Source: Macrostomum lignano
Lineage: Eukaryota
Length of the DNA stretch: 64,000 nt
Assembly: GCA_002269645.1 (NCBI GenBank)
Contig: NIVC01000312.1
Span: 124,001 to 188,000, forward strand
Direction: 5' to 3'
Each line of letters begins with the position of its first letter. Position 1 is the stretch's first letter. Below, piece by piece: positions 13,641-27,521 of the stretch. Below the pieces are notes generated by a model, which was not told where the DNA came from, did no database searches, and saw only the letters and a list, made by a program, of their open reading frames with translations. A program made the position numbers and the translations under genes.

Positions 13641-14409
13641 TAGATGTTTGGGCTATAGTAGCCTCTCATGGTGAAATCTTGAACGTGCTTTCTGTTATGA
13701 TCTATTTCTGAAATCTTTATGAAAAATTCTTACATTCCTACTAATGCATTCAGCTGTCAGTAGGGTATAGTGCATTCGCTATAGAAATTTGCTGGAATTG
13801 TTGTAAAATTTTAGTCACGCGGACTTCGCCTCTTTTTTGTTTCTAAAAATAGCATCACAATTATCTCCATTGTTGTTAAATAAAAGTCAACAATAATATA
13901 GTATAGTCATTGCAGCAGCTGTGAGTCACTCATGACAGCGACTGTAGGGATATAATTTATGTCTGAACACATATTTGAACCAAACAAAATTAGTACAAGA
14001 AAAATAGCATGATTGATACTCGTATTTAGGTAGCAGGATTAGCGGAATATTATCATCAATAACATTACATTTTACATGTAATTATATAAGGCCGCATTTA
14101 AACTGCTTGAAATTGTACTTTATGTAAACAAGAATACGACTTAAAATTGATTTTTTATTTTTTATTAAAAGGGTTAAAATTAAAACAAAAAATCGCGACT
14201 ACTTCTGTAAGTTGGTAATTTTAGTCTGATTTAAAATCTTGATCTTTTTAACTACAATAAAAACATCGGACCCTTGGTAGGTAAAAGCAGATATTAAATG
14301 ATGTTGTTAAAATGTGTCTGTTTTGTTTAACGCATGCACTGCTTGCATTTAGACGACAGCGAAAATTCCGGATGACATTTTGGCGATGCTGAACTGCCCA
14401 TGTGCACTT

Positions 14410-15817
14410 TTAGGTGACGCTCTTCTCCAGATTAATCAGAATTATGATGGCCAGCGCTGCTATGCAGCCCTGCGGATAGGGTGTTGGTGATAGATGTGTG
14501 ATAGTTGTGTGATATCTGTGTGATAGCAGTGTGATAGCTGTGTGATAGCTGTGTGAAAGCTGTGATAGCTGTGTGATAGCTGTGTGATAGCTGTGTGAAT
14601 GCTATGTGATAGCTGTGTGAAAGCTATGTGATAGCTGTGTGATAGCTCTATGATATCTGTGTGATAGCTCTATGATAGCTGTGTGATAGCTCTATGATAG
14701 CTGTGTGATAGCTGTGTGATAGCTGTGTGATAGCTCTATGATAGCTGTGTGATAGCTGTGCGACAGCTGTATGATAGCTGTGTGATAGCTCTATGATAGC
14801 TGTGTGATAGCAGTGTGAAAGCTGTGTGATAGCTCTATGATAGCTGTGTGAAAGCTGTGTGATAGCTGTGTGATAGCTGTGTGATAGCTCTATGATAGTT
14901 GTGTGATAGCTGTGTGACAGCTGTATGATAGCTGTGTGATAGCTCTATGATAGCTGTGTGATAGCAGTGTGAAAGCTGTGTGAAAGCTGTGTGATAGCTC
15001 TATGATAGCTGTGTGAAAGCTGTGTGAAAGCTGTGTGAAAGCTTTATGATAGCTGTGTGAAAGCTGTGTGATAGCTGTGATTCAACACTCACAATGACTC
15101 CGGCAGCGATGAACAGGCCGTATGTGGCGTAGGCTGAATAAGTGTCGAAGGCGTTCCATAATTTTGTGTAGCAGCCGCCCTCGTACATGTTGCTGTTCTG
15201 ACTGTCCGGTGAGTAGGTGCAGTTCTCGTAGGTTGGCTCAAAGGTGGCTCCGGAGATCTTGCAGCAGGACTCGGGTAGGACTTCGTCTGGGAATTTTGGA
15301 CACCGTCAGGTTTTTAATGAGTAAGGTCTAACCATCATCGTTCAATAGGGTCTAGCCATAGACAAAATGAGGGCCAACCCCCCAAGGCACCCTTAAGGCC
15401 CAAAAGCCGTAAAAAGCTAATAAAAAAATAAACTAACTCACCTATGTAGGTTCCATTCTTCAGTTGATAAGTGCTATTCCAGGTGTTGAACTCATGGTAA
15501 ATTGTGTAGTTATCAACTCCGCAACAGGGAACCTGCGGGTGTAGCGCAAATTTTATGGTGTTACGGCTTTATACAGTTAGAAGTAAAGAGTGGGCAGAGA
15601 TGTATAGATTGAATGGAATTTTTTATACGAGCTGCTTGCTGAATTGGGGTCGAATTTTAGGGCTTTGGAATAATATCAATACGATTTTCGACTAGCAGAA
15701 GCCGTGCATCTCATGCAGCTATGCTCACAGAATAGGAAAGATGGAACCGGGAAAAATGAAGAGGTAGAGTGGGGGAGAAGCAGAGAAGGGAGAGAGAGTG
15801 TGTGTGTGTTTGTGTGT

Positions 15818-15877
<60 letters not shown>

Positions 15878-16541
15878 AAGAGGGAGAGAGAGAGGTATAG
15901 AGGAAGGGAGAGGGGAGGGGAGAGAGAGGTATAGAGGGACAAAGAGGTAGAGAGGGAGAGTAAGATAAAGAGGGAGAGAGAGGTAGAGAGAGGGAGAGAA
16001 GGAGAGAAAGGTAGAGAGGGAGAGAGAGGTAGAGAGGGAGAGAGACGGGGAGAGAGAGGTAGAGAGGGAGAGAGAGGGAGAGAAGGAGAGAAAGGTAGAG
16101 AGGTAGAGAGGGAGAGAGAGGGAGAGAAGGAGAGAAAGGTAGAGAGGTAGAGAGGGAGAGAGAGGGAGAGAAGGAGAGAGGGAGAGAGAGGGGGAGAGAG
16201 AGGTAGAGAGGGAGAGAGAGGTAGAGAAGGAGAGAAAGGTAGAGAGGGAGAGAGAGGGAGAGAAGGAGAGAAAGGTAGAGGGATAGAGAGCGAGAGAGAG
16301 GGAGAGAGGGAGAGAAAGAGAGGGAGAGAGAGGGGAGAGGGGAGAGAGAGGGAGAGAGGGTAGAGAGGGGTAGAGAGGGATAGAGAGAGGGAGAGAGGGA
16401 GAGAGAGGGAGAGAGGAAGAGAGAGAGAGAGAGAGGGAGAGAGAGGAGAGAGAGGGAGAGAGAGAGAGAGAGGGAGAGAGGGAGATAAAGGTAGAGGGAG
16501 AGAGGGTAGAGAGGGAGAGAGGGAGAGAGAGGGAGAGAGGA

Positions 16542-16617
<76 letters not shown>

Positions 16618-17838
16618 GGAGAGAGTCAGATGTCACTGCCTAATCAGTCGCAGCAGGGCAGCAAACAGAAGAGAGGCGGAAGAGAGATAAAGTATGAACT
16701 GAACAGACAATACGTTTTTACTGCAACAACCAGGCAGCCAAACTAGAATCGACAACTGCAGTGTTGCTGACTTACCCTGGCCTGAATGAGGTCCAGAATA
16801 TTAGTAAACTCATTAGCCGAGCCGCGACCTTTGTACTCCGATTTGACCAGAGTAGTCATTTGCTTCGCACCCTCCGTGCGCATCAGGTTTTTGTTGATGA
16901 TGTAGCCAGCTGCCAGGCCCGCGCAGGCCAGAGCCAGGACCGCCATGATCACGATGTACTTTTAATTGGCGAGTGCAAGGGGTTGGAGTTAGGTAACTTG
17001 GAGAATTCCTTTCAACTATTGATTTTCTAGGATTATTGGACATTGGAATACTCGGACACAGGGATACTCGGACATAAGGATACTCGGACACTGGGAGTAT
17101 TCGGACACTAGGATACTCAGACACTGAGATACTTCGGACAGAGGGATACTCAGACACTGAGATACTTCGGACAGAGGGATACTCAGACACCTAGGATCTC
17201 GGACAACAAAGGCAGCAGTATAGAAGCTCACCACAATGATAAGCAGTTTAGAGTTGCAGCAGGCTCCAATAGCTCCAATTATGCCCGTGGCAACCAGAAA
17301 CAGGCCAACAGCCAACAGAGCTATGCCAGCATAACCTGGGTTTCACAGTGCGAGTGTGGGTGGGCATGGATTATTATAGCGTGTGCAGGTCACGTACTTG
17401 TAACTTTCGAGGATCGATAAGTTTAATTATCTTTTATCTTTTTATCTGGATCTGGGGGCACGATCTTCTAGCAACTTTATCTGGCACTTCTGGACTTCTC
17501 TCTACCCCTCTACCTCTCTCCCTCTCTACCTCTACCTCTCTACTTCTCTACCTCTCTCCCTCTCTCCCTCTCTCCCTCTCTCTCTCTCTCTCTCTACCTC
17601 TCTCCCTCTCTACCTCTACCTCTCTACTTCTCTACCTCTCTCCCTCTCTCCCTCTCTCCCTCTCTCTCTCTCTCTACCTCTCTCCCTCTCTACCTCTACC
17701 TCTCTACTTCTCTACCTCTCTCCCTCTCTCCCTCTCTACCTCTACCTCTCTACTTCTCTACCTCTCTCCCTCTCTCCCTCTCTACCTCTACCTCTCTACT
17801 TCTCTACCTCTCTCCCTCTCTCCCTCTCTCCCTCTCTC

Positions 17839-17869
<31 letters not shown>

Positions 17870-19706
17870 ACCTCTCTCCCTCTCTACCTCTACCTCTCTA
17901 CATCTCTACCTCTCTCCCTCTCTCCCTCTCTACCTCTACCTCTCTACTTCTCTACTTCTCTCCCTCTCTCCCTCTCTCCCTCTCTCTCTCTCTCTACCTC
18001 TCTCCCTCTCTACCTCTACCTCTCTACTTCTCTCCCTCTCTCCCTCTCTCCCTCTACCTCTCTACTTCTCTACCTCTCTCCCTCTCTCCCTCTACCTCTC
18101 TACTTCTCTACCTCTCTCCCTCTCTACCTCTCTAACTCTTCTGTACCTCTCTACCTGTCTTCCTCTCTATATCTCTACCTCTACCTGAAGAGAGGGTTCC
18201 CCGTCGAGGAACCTGTGTCCGTGTACCTCTCTTCCTCTCTACCTCTCTTCCTCTCTACCCGTCTACCTCTCTACCCCTCTACCCTTCTTCCCCTCTATCT
18301 CTCTACCTCACTCCCTTTCAATCTCTCTTCTTTTTGTCCCCCTCTCCCTCTCTACCTCTCATTCACATTTAACAAATGAATCACATCGAGCTCACTTACT
18401 GACATAGACAGACCAGGTGCCCAGCACCTTCTGCAAATCGCTAAACGACAAAGGCGTGGAGGAACCAATCTGACTGCTGCCGATATTGGACAGGGCGGCG
18501 CTGAGTAGTTGAAATACCAGATTGCCGCCCCAGTGCAGAATGCACCCGATGATGGCCAGGACTACACCAATAGTCTGATCGATGGGTTGTGGAGTTGGCA
18601 CAGATGTGATAGTTAGTGTACATTATCTAGCAATGCTTTGTGTGCTGATTTGAGTACCTTTGCGGCGCTGCTTTGTAATGGCACCGGTTAGGACGGCGCC
18701 TTTTAGGACGGCGCCTTTTAGGACGGCGCCTTTTCGGACGGCGCCTTCTATGGTGGCGCCTTTCTAGGGTGGCGCCTTTCTAAGGTGGCGCCTTTCTAGG
18801 GTGGCGCCTTTCTAGGGTGGCGCCTTTCTAGGGTGGCGCCTTTCTAGGGTGGCGCCTTTCTAGGGTGGCGCCTTTCTAGGGTGGCGCCTTTCTAGGGTCG
18901 CGCCTTTCTAGGGTGGCGCCTTTCTAGGGTGGCGCCTTTCTAGGGTGGCTGCTTCTAGAGCGACGCTTTCTAGGGCGGCGCTTTCTAAGGTGGCGCTTTT
19001 TAGGGTGGCGCCTTCTACGAGGAAGCCTTCTAGGGTAGGGTGACGCCTTCTAGAGTGGCACCTTCTAGGGTGGCGCGTTTTAGAGTGGCGCCTTCTATGG
19101 TGGCGCCTTTCTAGGGTGGCGCCTTTCTAGGGTGGCGCCTTTCTAGGGTGGCGCCTTTTAGAGTGGCGCCTTCTAGGATAGGGTGGCGCCTTTCTAGGGT
19201 GGCGCCTTTCTAGGGTGGCGCCTTTCTAGGGTGGCGCCTTTCTAGGGTGGCTGCTTCTAGAGCGACGCTTTCTAGGGCGGCGCTTTCTAAGGTGGCGCTT
19301 TTTAGGGTGGCGCCTTCTACGAGGAAGCCTTCTAGGGTAGGGTGACGCCTTCTAGAGTGGCGCCTTCTAGGGTGACGCCTTCTAGAGTGGCGCCTTCTAG
19401 GGTGACGCCTTCTAGAGTGGCACCTTCTAGGGTGGCGCCTTTTAGAGTGGCGCCTTCTAGGATAGGGTGGCGCCTTTCTAGGGTGGCGCCTTTCTAAGGT
19501 GGCGCTTTTTAGGGTGGCACTTTCTATTGTGGCGCCTTGTAGGGGTGTCACCATAGAATTGAACCTCATGAAATTGAAACTGGCCAAACAAGCCAAGCCA
19601 GCTGCACACTTACAATCAGAATGCCGTTGATGGCTCCAAGCACGCATTTGGCCACCTGAGCGCTGCAGCAGGTGCACAGCTTAACGCAGCAAGAGCAAAC
19701 TCCCAT
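14410..19706 (-). CDS. Tetraspanin B, 7 exons (19706-19614, 18574-18400, 17335-17232, 16958-16776, 15532-15442, 15286-15093, 14469-14410), about 299 aa
   Basis: MGVCSCCVKLCTCC N-terminus, GAIGACC, VPCCG, PESCC, GGCY. Intron positions and phases are the same as in tetraspanin A. Confidence 0.92.
14490..15080. repeat. 11-bp minisatellite GATAGCTGTGT in tetraspanin B intron 6
   Basis: Directly visible. Confidence 0.96.
15780..16625. repeat. (AG)n / purine-rich compound repeat in tetraspanin B intron 4
   Basis: Directly visible. Confidence 0.95.
17040..17200. repeat. Degenerate 16-33-bp repeat (GATACTCGGACA core) in tetraspanin B intron 3
   Basis: Directly visible. Confidence 0.85.
17495..18360. 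repeat. CTCTAC/CTCTCC pyrimidine repeat in tetraspanin B intron 2
   Basis: Directly visible. Confidence 0.95.
18687..19540. repeat. 16-bp minisatellite TAGGGTGGCGCCTTTC in tetraspanin B intron 1, with an internal duplication of about 300 bp
   Basis: The variant block CTTCTAGAGCGACGC...GAGGAAGCC recurs at about 18953 and 19255. Confidence 0.95.
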
Positions 19707-20399
19707 GACTGTTGCGGTTAAACTTCAAGGTGAGGATGTGAAAAACAGGATTAATAATAGAAGCCGCACTGATGCTGCTCAACTCAACAATCTCTGCGCC
19801 GAGTCTTCTCTCTGCTCTCCCGAATTTATAGACTCTGGGGGGTGGGTGTTAGGAAATGGAGAAGAGCGGGCGCACGGGACCCGCACAGCGGGCGCAGATT
19901 TATTATTTAAGTCTAAAAATAGAAGTTGAAGGACGACCCTGCAAGGTGAGAGAGAATTAGAGAGCTTAGGGAAGGGAGGGAGAGAGAGGGAGAGGGAGTT
20001 GACCAGTGTGCATTTGGGTGAGACCTTGCTCACGAGATGCTCAATGCTGTTTCTGTCTCGCTCTCTGTGTGTGTTTGTGTACTCACGGTATCCATTGGCG
20101 ACTTTATGCCTACCAATAATAAAGTTTACTGGTCATGGACTGAGTGTGTTTTCTTGTCGTTCTTATTTGCCCATTGTGTTGGCGGGTGTGTTTCGTGTGC
20201 AGAGTTGGCAGAGCTTTGAGAGCAGAATTAAGTATGTAGGCTCTCAGCTGAATTGTCAGAGAGGTTTATGATGCACTAAACAGGCTATTTATTATATCTG
20301 CAGTTGTATTGCAATTTGCCTGCTTGAGTTCAGCTCACATATGCAACTATTTTTTAGTTTCTATGAGAGCTTATTTAAATCTAGAATGCTCCATCTGAT

Positions 20400-21630
20400 G
20401 CTGAGATAGAGGTAGAGATGAGATAGAGCTAGAAATATAGATAGAGATGAGGTAGAGATAAATATCAGAAAAAAATAGAGATGAGATAGAGATAGAGATG
20501 AGATAGAGATAGAGATGAGATAGAGATAGAGATGACGTAGAGATAGAGATGAGATAGAGATAGAGATAGAGATGAGATAGAGATAGAGATGACGTAGAGA
20601 TAGAGATGAGATAGAGATAGAGATGAGATAGAGATAGAGATGAGGTAGAGATAGAGGTAGAGATGAGGTAGAGAGAGAGGTAGAGATGAGATAGAGAGAG
20701 AGGTAGAGATGAGATAGAGATGAGGTAGAGATAGAGATGAGATAGAGATAGAGATGAGGTAGAAATAGAGATGAGGTAGAGATAGATATGAGGTAGAGAT
20801 AGAGATGAGGTAGAGATAGAGGTAGAGATGAGGTAGAGAGAGAGGTAGAGATGAGATAGAGATGAGGTAGAGATAGAGATGAGATAGAGATAGAGATGAG
20901 GTAGAGATAGAGATGAGATAGAGATAGAGATGAGGTAGAGATAGAGGTAGAGATGAAATAGACATAGAGATGAGGTAGAGATAGAGATGAGATAGAGATA
21001 GAGATAGAGATGAGGTAGAGATAGAGATGAGATAGAGATAGAGATGAGGTAGAGATAGAGATGAGATAGACGAGATAGAGATGAGATAGAGATGAGGTAG
21101 AGATGAGGTAGAGATGAGGTAGAGATAGAGATGAGATAGAGATAGAGATGAGATGAGATAGAGATAGAGGTAGAGATGAGATAGAGATGAGATAGAGATG
21201 AGGTAGAGATGAGATAGAGATAGAGATGAGATAGAGATGAGGTAGAGATGAGATAGAGATAGAGATGAGGTAGAGATGAGATAGAGATATAGATGAGGTA
21301 GAGATGAGATAGAGATAGAGATGAGGTAGAGATAGAGATGAGGTAGAGATAGAGATGAGGTAGAGATAGAGATGAGATAGAGATAGAGATGAGATAGACA
21401 TAGAGAATGGACAAGAGATAAAGATAGAAAAGAGAGATATAAGATAGAGATTAGAGAGATAAGATAGAGAATAGAGAGATAAGATAGAGAATAGAGAGAT
21501 AAGATACAGATTAGAGAGATAAGATAGAGAATAGAGAGATAAGATAGAGAATAGAGAGATAAGACAGATAATAGAGAGATAAGATACAGATTAGAGAGAT
21601 AAGATAGAGAATAGACATGAGATAAAGATA
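20400..21630. repeat. GATGAGATAGA-type purine-rich compound repeat
   Basis: Directly visible; the ISISSL ORFs are artefacts. Confidence 0.95.
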
Positions 21631-22184
21631 GAAGCCTGGCCTGCATCTATCTAAGTAAATCTCTCACATTATCTCTCATCTCTTATCTTAATCTCTTCTC
21701 ACTATCTCCCTCTTCCACTTGTAAAATACGGTCTCATTACCTACTTCAGATATTCGAAAGCATACCAGATCTCCATTATTCATTTCTCATTTCTTTCCAT
21801 TCGAATTTCGCAGTGAACATAAATTGCTTTATGAAAATGAGCCAAGCTCACATGCAATTTTCACAGCGTGAGACGGAGACAGCGAAAAATGCATTTAAAG
21901 TGCTCTCGCATCTTGTTTGCTCACCGTATCTGTCTTGTCATATTCTCCAGCCAAGCTCTTGCTGACTAATTCCACTTTAAAAGCCAATGCGTTGTTGCCA
22001 ATCATTAGAAATATTAATAACATGACAGTAGGTTTGTTTATCGTAGCTAAATAATTGTCTGCTCTAAGATTTATTTTGAATTTGAAGCATTTAAAATAGA
22101 CAGAACATCCTTGCTATTGGGTGAAATAATATGTAATAATCATGTGTCGTAAAATACATGTAGATCTCGTGCTGCGCCTGCGTG

Positions 22185-24130
22185 TACAGGGAAGAGGGTA
22201 TGGGAAGAGGGTGTGGGAGAGGGTATGGTAGACAAGGTATGTCAGAGAGGGTATGTCAGAGAGGGTATGGTAGAGATGGTATGGTAGAGAGAAAATGGTA
22301 CATTGGGTATGGTAGAGAGGTTATGTCAGAGAGGGTATGGTAGAGAGGGTATGGTAGATTGGGTATGGTAGAGAGGATATGGTAGAGAGGATATGGTAGA
22401 GAGGATATGGTAGAGAGGATATGGTAGAGAGGATATGGTAGAGAGGATATGGTAGAGAGGGTATGGTAGAGAGGGTATGGTAGAGAGGATATGGTAGAGA
22501 GGATATGGTAGAGAGGATATGGTAGAGAGGATATGGTAGAGAGGATATGGTAGAGAGGGTATGGTAGAGAGGGTATGGTAGAGAGGATATGGTAGAGAGG
22601 ATATGGTAGAGAGGATATGGTAGAGAGGATATGGTAGAGAGGATATGGTAGAGAGGGTATGGTAGAGAGGATATGGTAGAGGGGATATGGTAGAGAGGGT
22701 ATGGTAGAGAGGATATGGTAGAGAGGATATGGTAGAGAGAATATGGTAGAGAGGGTATGGTAGAGAGGGTATGGTAGAGAGGATATGGTAGAGAGGATAT
22801 GGTAGAGAGGATATGGTAGAGAGGATATGGTAGAGAGGATATGGTAGAGAGGATATGGTAGATTGGGTATGGTAGAGAGGATATGGTAGAGAGGATATGG
22901 TAGAGAGGATATGGTAGAGAGGATATGGTAGAGAGGATATGGTAGAGAGGATATGGTAGAGAGGATATGGTAGAGAGGATATGGTAGAGAGGATATGGTA
23001 GAGAGGGTATGGTAGAGAGGGTATGGTAGAGAGGATATGGTAGAGAGGATATGGTAGAGAGGATATGGTAGAGAGGGTATGGTAGAGAGGATATGGTAGA
23101 GAGGATATGGTAGAGAGGGTATGGTAGAGAGGGTATGGTAGAGAGGGTATGGTAGAGAGGATATGGTAGAGAGGATATGGTAGAGAGGATATGGTAGAGA
23201 GGATATGGTAGAGAGGATATGGTAGAGAGGATATGGTAGAGAGGATATGGTAGAGAGGATATGGTAGAGAGGATATGGTAGAGAGGATATGGTAGAGAGG
23301 GTATGGTAGAGAGGGTATGGTAGAGAGGATATGGTAGAGAGGATATGGTAGAGAGGGTATGGTAGAGAGGGTATGGTAGAGAGGATATGGTAGAGAGGAT
23401 ATGGTAGAGAGGGTATGGTAGAGAGGGTATGGTAGAGAGGGTATGGTAGAGAGGATATGGTAGAGAGGATATGGTAGAGAGGATATGGTAGAGAGGATAT
23501 GGTAGAGAGGGTATGGTAGAGAGGATATGGTAGAGAGGGTATGGTAGAGAGGATATGGTAGAGAGGATATGGTAGAGAGGGTATGGTAGAGAGGGTATGG
23601 TAGAGAGGGTATGGTAGAGAGGATATGGTAGAGAGGATATGGTAGAGAGGATATGGTAGAGAGGATATGGTAGAGAGGGTATGGTAGAGAGGATATGGTA
23701 GAGAGGATATGGTAGAGAGGATATGGTAGAGAGGATATGGTAGAGAGGGTATGGTAGAGAGGGTATGGTAGAGAGGGTATGGTAGAGAGGATATGGTAGA
23801 GAGGATATGGTAGAGAGGATATGGTAGAGAGGATATGGTAGAGAGGATATGGTAGAGAGGGTATGGTAGAGAGGGTATGGTAGAGAGGGTATGGTAGAGA
23901 GGATATGGTAGAGAGGATATGGTAGAGAGGGTATGGTAGAGAGGGTATGGTAGAGAGGGTATGGTAGAGAGGGTATGATAAAGAAGCTATGGTAGAGAGG
24001 CAGAAAGGGTATGGTAGAGAGGGTATGTCAGAGAGGGTATGTCAGAGAGGGTATGTCAGAGAGGGTATGTCAGAGTGGGTATGTCAGAGAGGGTATGGTA
24101 TAGAGGGTATGGTAGATTGGGTAAGGTAGA
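22185..24130. repeat. 14-bp satellite ATGGTAGAGAGG(AT/GT), about 1.9 kb
   Basis: Directly visible, with two single-base variants interspersed. Confidence 0.97.
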
Positions 24131-24844
24131 GATGGTAAGAGAGGGTACTGGGGAGCGGGTCATTGGGGGTGGTTGAGACACAAGTGCAATATGAACAAGA
24201 ACATGGTTGAGCTAACAACTTAACAACCTAATTTCCATTGACAGCCAAAGCGCTTAGGAAACAGGAATAGCCGATTAGAACTAAAAAATCTTTCTGGGCA
24301 AAGATTGAGCCGCGCCCTGCCATTGTCACCCCCTTCAAGCCATGCACACGCAAGAAGAGCTCACCAGAGTGTTGCATGAGTCCAAGCAGGAAGCAGTAAG
24401 TGCCCCCCCCCCCGAGAATACATATAGCTACGTCCAATATGGTACAGACAAAAATTTCACTAAGGACGGTGAGGAAACGTACCTATGCTATTTGCATTTA
24501 AATGCATTTGTTGCTTTGTAAAAATTTATTGTACTGTTTACATTGACAACAGCTGTCGTTAAGGGTTCGTGCAGCCTTTAGTCAAAGTCAACTGATCTTA
24601 AAAGTACATTTGTAGATTTATAGATGTCAATGCACAATATTTTACGATTGAAAGATTTTTTCTAGCATTGGGTTTGTATAGCTGTGCAGTGATTCATTTA
24701 ACTTGTATTAAAAAGCTCAGAAAATACTCTAAGTAGCACAGTGCGCATTTTAGAAATCTAATTATGTGAATACTTTTCATTGCTGTGATTTCAAAAGTGA
24801 GGCTGAAGCTTACTGTTGTAAACTATATTCATATTGCACCGACC

Positions 24845-25757
24845 CCCACGCCCTAGCCCACACCCTACACTCACACTCTAGCCTCACACTCTAGCCTCAC
24901 ACTCTAGCCCCACACTCTAGCCCCACACTCTAGCCCCACACCCTACACTTACACTCTAGCCCCACACCCAGACCCACATTCTAGCCCCACACTCTAGCCC
25001 ACACTCTAGCCCACACTCTAGCCCCATAATCTAGCCCCACACCCTACTCCCACACCCTACACCCAAACTCTAGACAAACACTCTAGCCCCACACGATAGC
25101 CTCACACTCTCTGCATATAGTCTAACCCTAAGTCCCATACTCCAGCTAGTCCCATACTCCAGCTAGTCCCACACTCCAGCTAGTCCCAGACTACAGCTAG
25201 TCCCACACTCCAGCTAGTCCCACACTCCAGCTAGTCCCACACTCTAGCTAGTCCCATACTCCAGCTAGTCCCACACTCCAGCTAGTCCCACACTCCAGCT
25301 AGTCCCACACTCCAGCTAGTCCACACTCCAGCTAGTCCCAGACTACAGCTAGTCCCACACTCCAGCTAGTCCCACACTCCAGCTAGTCCCACACTCCAGC
25401 TAGTCCACACTCCAGCTAGTCCCACACTCCAGCTAGTCCCACACTCCAGCTAGTCCCAGACTACAGCTAGTCCCACACTCTAGCTAGTCCCACACTCCAG
25501 CTAGTCCCACACTCCAGCTAGTCCCAGACTACAGCTAGTCCCACACTCTAGCTAGTCCCAGACTACAGCTAGTCCCACACTCTAGCTAGTCCCAGACTAC
25601 AGCTAGTCCCACACTCTAGCTAGTCCCAGACTACAGCTAGTCCCACACTCCAGCTAGTCCCACACTCCAGCTAGTCCCACACTCCAGCTAGTCCCACACT
25701 CCAGCTAGTCCCACACTCCAGCTAGTCCCACACTCCAGCTAGTCCACACTCCAGCTG
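24845..25757. repeat. Adjacent C-rich minisatellites: about 13-bp CTCTAGCCCCACA, then 17-bp CTCCAGCTAGTCCCACA
   Basis: Directly visible. Confidence 0.93.
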
Positions 25758-26214
25758 GTCCTTAGCAACCCTATAAAAGTACAATAAAAGTGGTAGAATT
25801 GGCGGAACTCAAACTCAGCATGTCGTACTCAACCAGGATTGCCGATTCCAATTATCCAAAAAATATTCTTCCTCGAAAAAAATGGTTAATTTGCAATCAA
25901 AGCAAGTTTCATAAAGCAGTATATTGTTGCTATTGAAATCTCATTAAAATTTCCCAATCAAGTAGATAATTATAAGCTCCGGCAGCGGGTTTAAAAGATT
26001 TCGAGCTCCGTCGCTTAGAAAATAATTGTCGTGGCAACAATGATTGACAGGCTTTGTATATTGCAGCACGCGATGTCAAACTGATTGCAGTTTAACAAAG
26101 TCGCGTAATTAAAAAAATAGGGGAAAATTATTTCAGGTGCCCCGTCCCGTCTGACTACCGGATTTTATCGGATCTATTTTTATTTCCTGGGCTCTTATCT
26201 CCCTGCATCTTTTA

Positions 26215-27190
26215 GTTCCTGCATATCTAGTCACTTGCATCTATCTAGTAACTTGAATCTCATATCTAGTCACTTGAATCTCATATCTAGTCCCTTTATC
26301 TCAAATCTAGTGCCTTTATCTCATATCTAGTCCTTTATCTTATATCTAGTCCATTCATCTCATATCTAGTCCATTCATCTCATATCTAGTCCATTCATCT
26401 CATATCTAGTCCATTCATCTCATATCTAGTCCATTCATCTCATATCTAGTCCATTCATCTCATATCTAGTCCATTCATCTCATATCTAGTCCATTCATCT
26501 CATATCTAGTCCATTCATCTCATATCTAGTCCATTTATCTCATATCTAGTCCATTCATCTCATATCTAGTCCATTCATCTCATATCTAGTCCATTCATCT
26601 CATATCTAGTCCATTCATCTCATATCTAGTCCATTCATCTCATATCTAGTCCATTCATCTCATATCTAGTCCATTCATCTCATATCTAGTCCATTCATCT
26701 CATATCTAGTCCATTCATCTCATATCTAGTCCATTCATCTCATATCTAGTCCATTCATCTCATATCTAGTCCATTTATCTCATATCTAGTCACTTGAATC
26801 TCATATGCAGTCACTTGAGTCTCATATCTAGTCCCTTTATCTCAAATCTAGTGCCTTTATCTCATATCTAGTTCCTTTATCTTATATCTAGTCCATTCAT
26901 CTCATATCTAGTCCATTCATCTCATATCTAGTCCATTCATCTCATATCTAGTCCATTCATCTCATATCTAGTCCATTCATCTCATATCTAGTCCATTCAT
27001 CTCATATCTAGTCCATTTATCTTATATCTAGTCCATTCATCTCATATCTAGTCCATTCATCTCATATCTAGTCCATTTATCTCATATCTAGTCCCCTTCT
27101 CTCTTATCTAGTCCCTTAATCTCATATCTAGTCCCTTAATCTCATATTTAGTCCCCTTATCTGATATCTAGTCCCTTTATCTCATATCCA
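26215..27190. repeat. 20-bp minisatellite CATCTCATATCTAGTCCATT
   Basis: Directly visible; degenerate at both ends. Confidence 0.96.
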
Positions 27191-27521
27191 GTCTTTACAT
27201 GTACATCTCATAGTCATTAGAATTCATCAATTACCTACATCTCATACCCAATCTATCTCAAATTCCAAAGTATTGCAATATTTCTTCTCAGACACCTACA
27301 GGCCAGTAACAGATAAAACATCAGTGTTTTCATTGTTTACACTTTCATCAAACTTAATTGAATAGTAGAAAAGAACAGAAAAAACACCCGTGATAAACTG
27401 CAGTAATCTGTTGCAGAAGTATTGTGTGTTATTATTCCCATTAACCACACGATCAATAGACCCATTGTAAATGTAGATAATTTATTTTGTCTGCTCAAAC
27501 AGATTTATAATTTTTTCGGCG

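Noticed and set aside
24351-26160. Mini-gene MHTQEELTRVLHESKQEA|VPRPV*
   Set aside because: Only 23 aa, no homology, and such splice motifs occur by chance. Noted only as a possible lncRNA.
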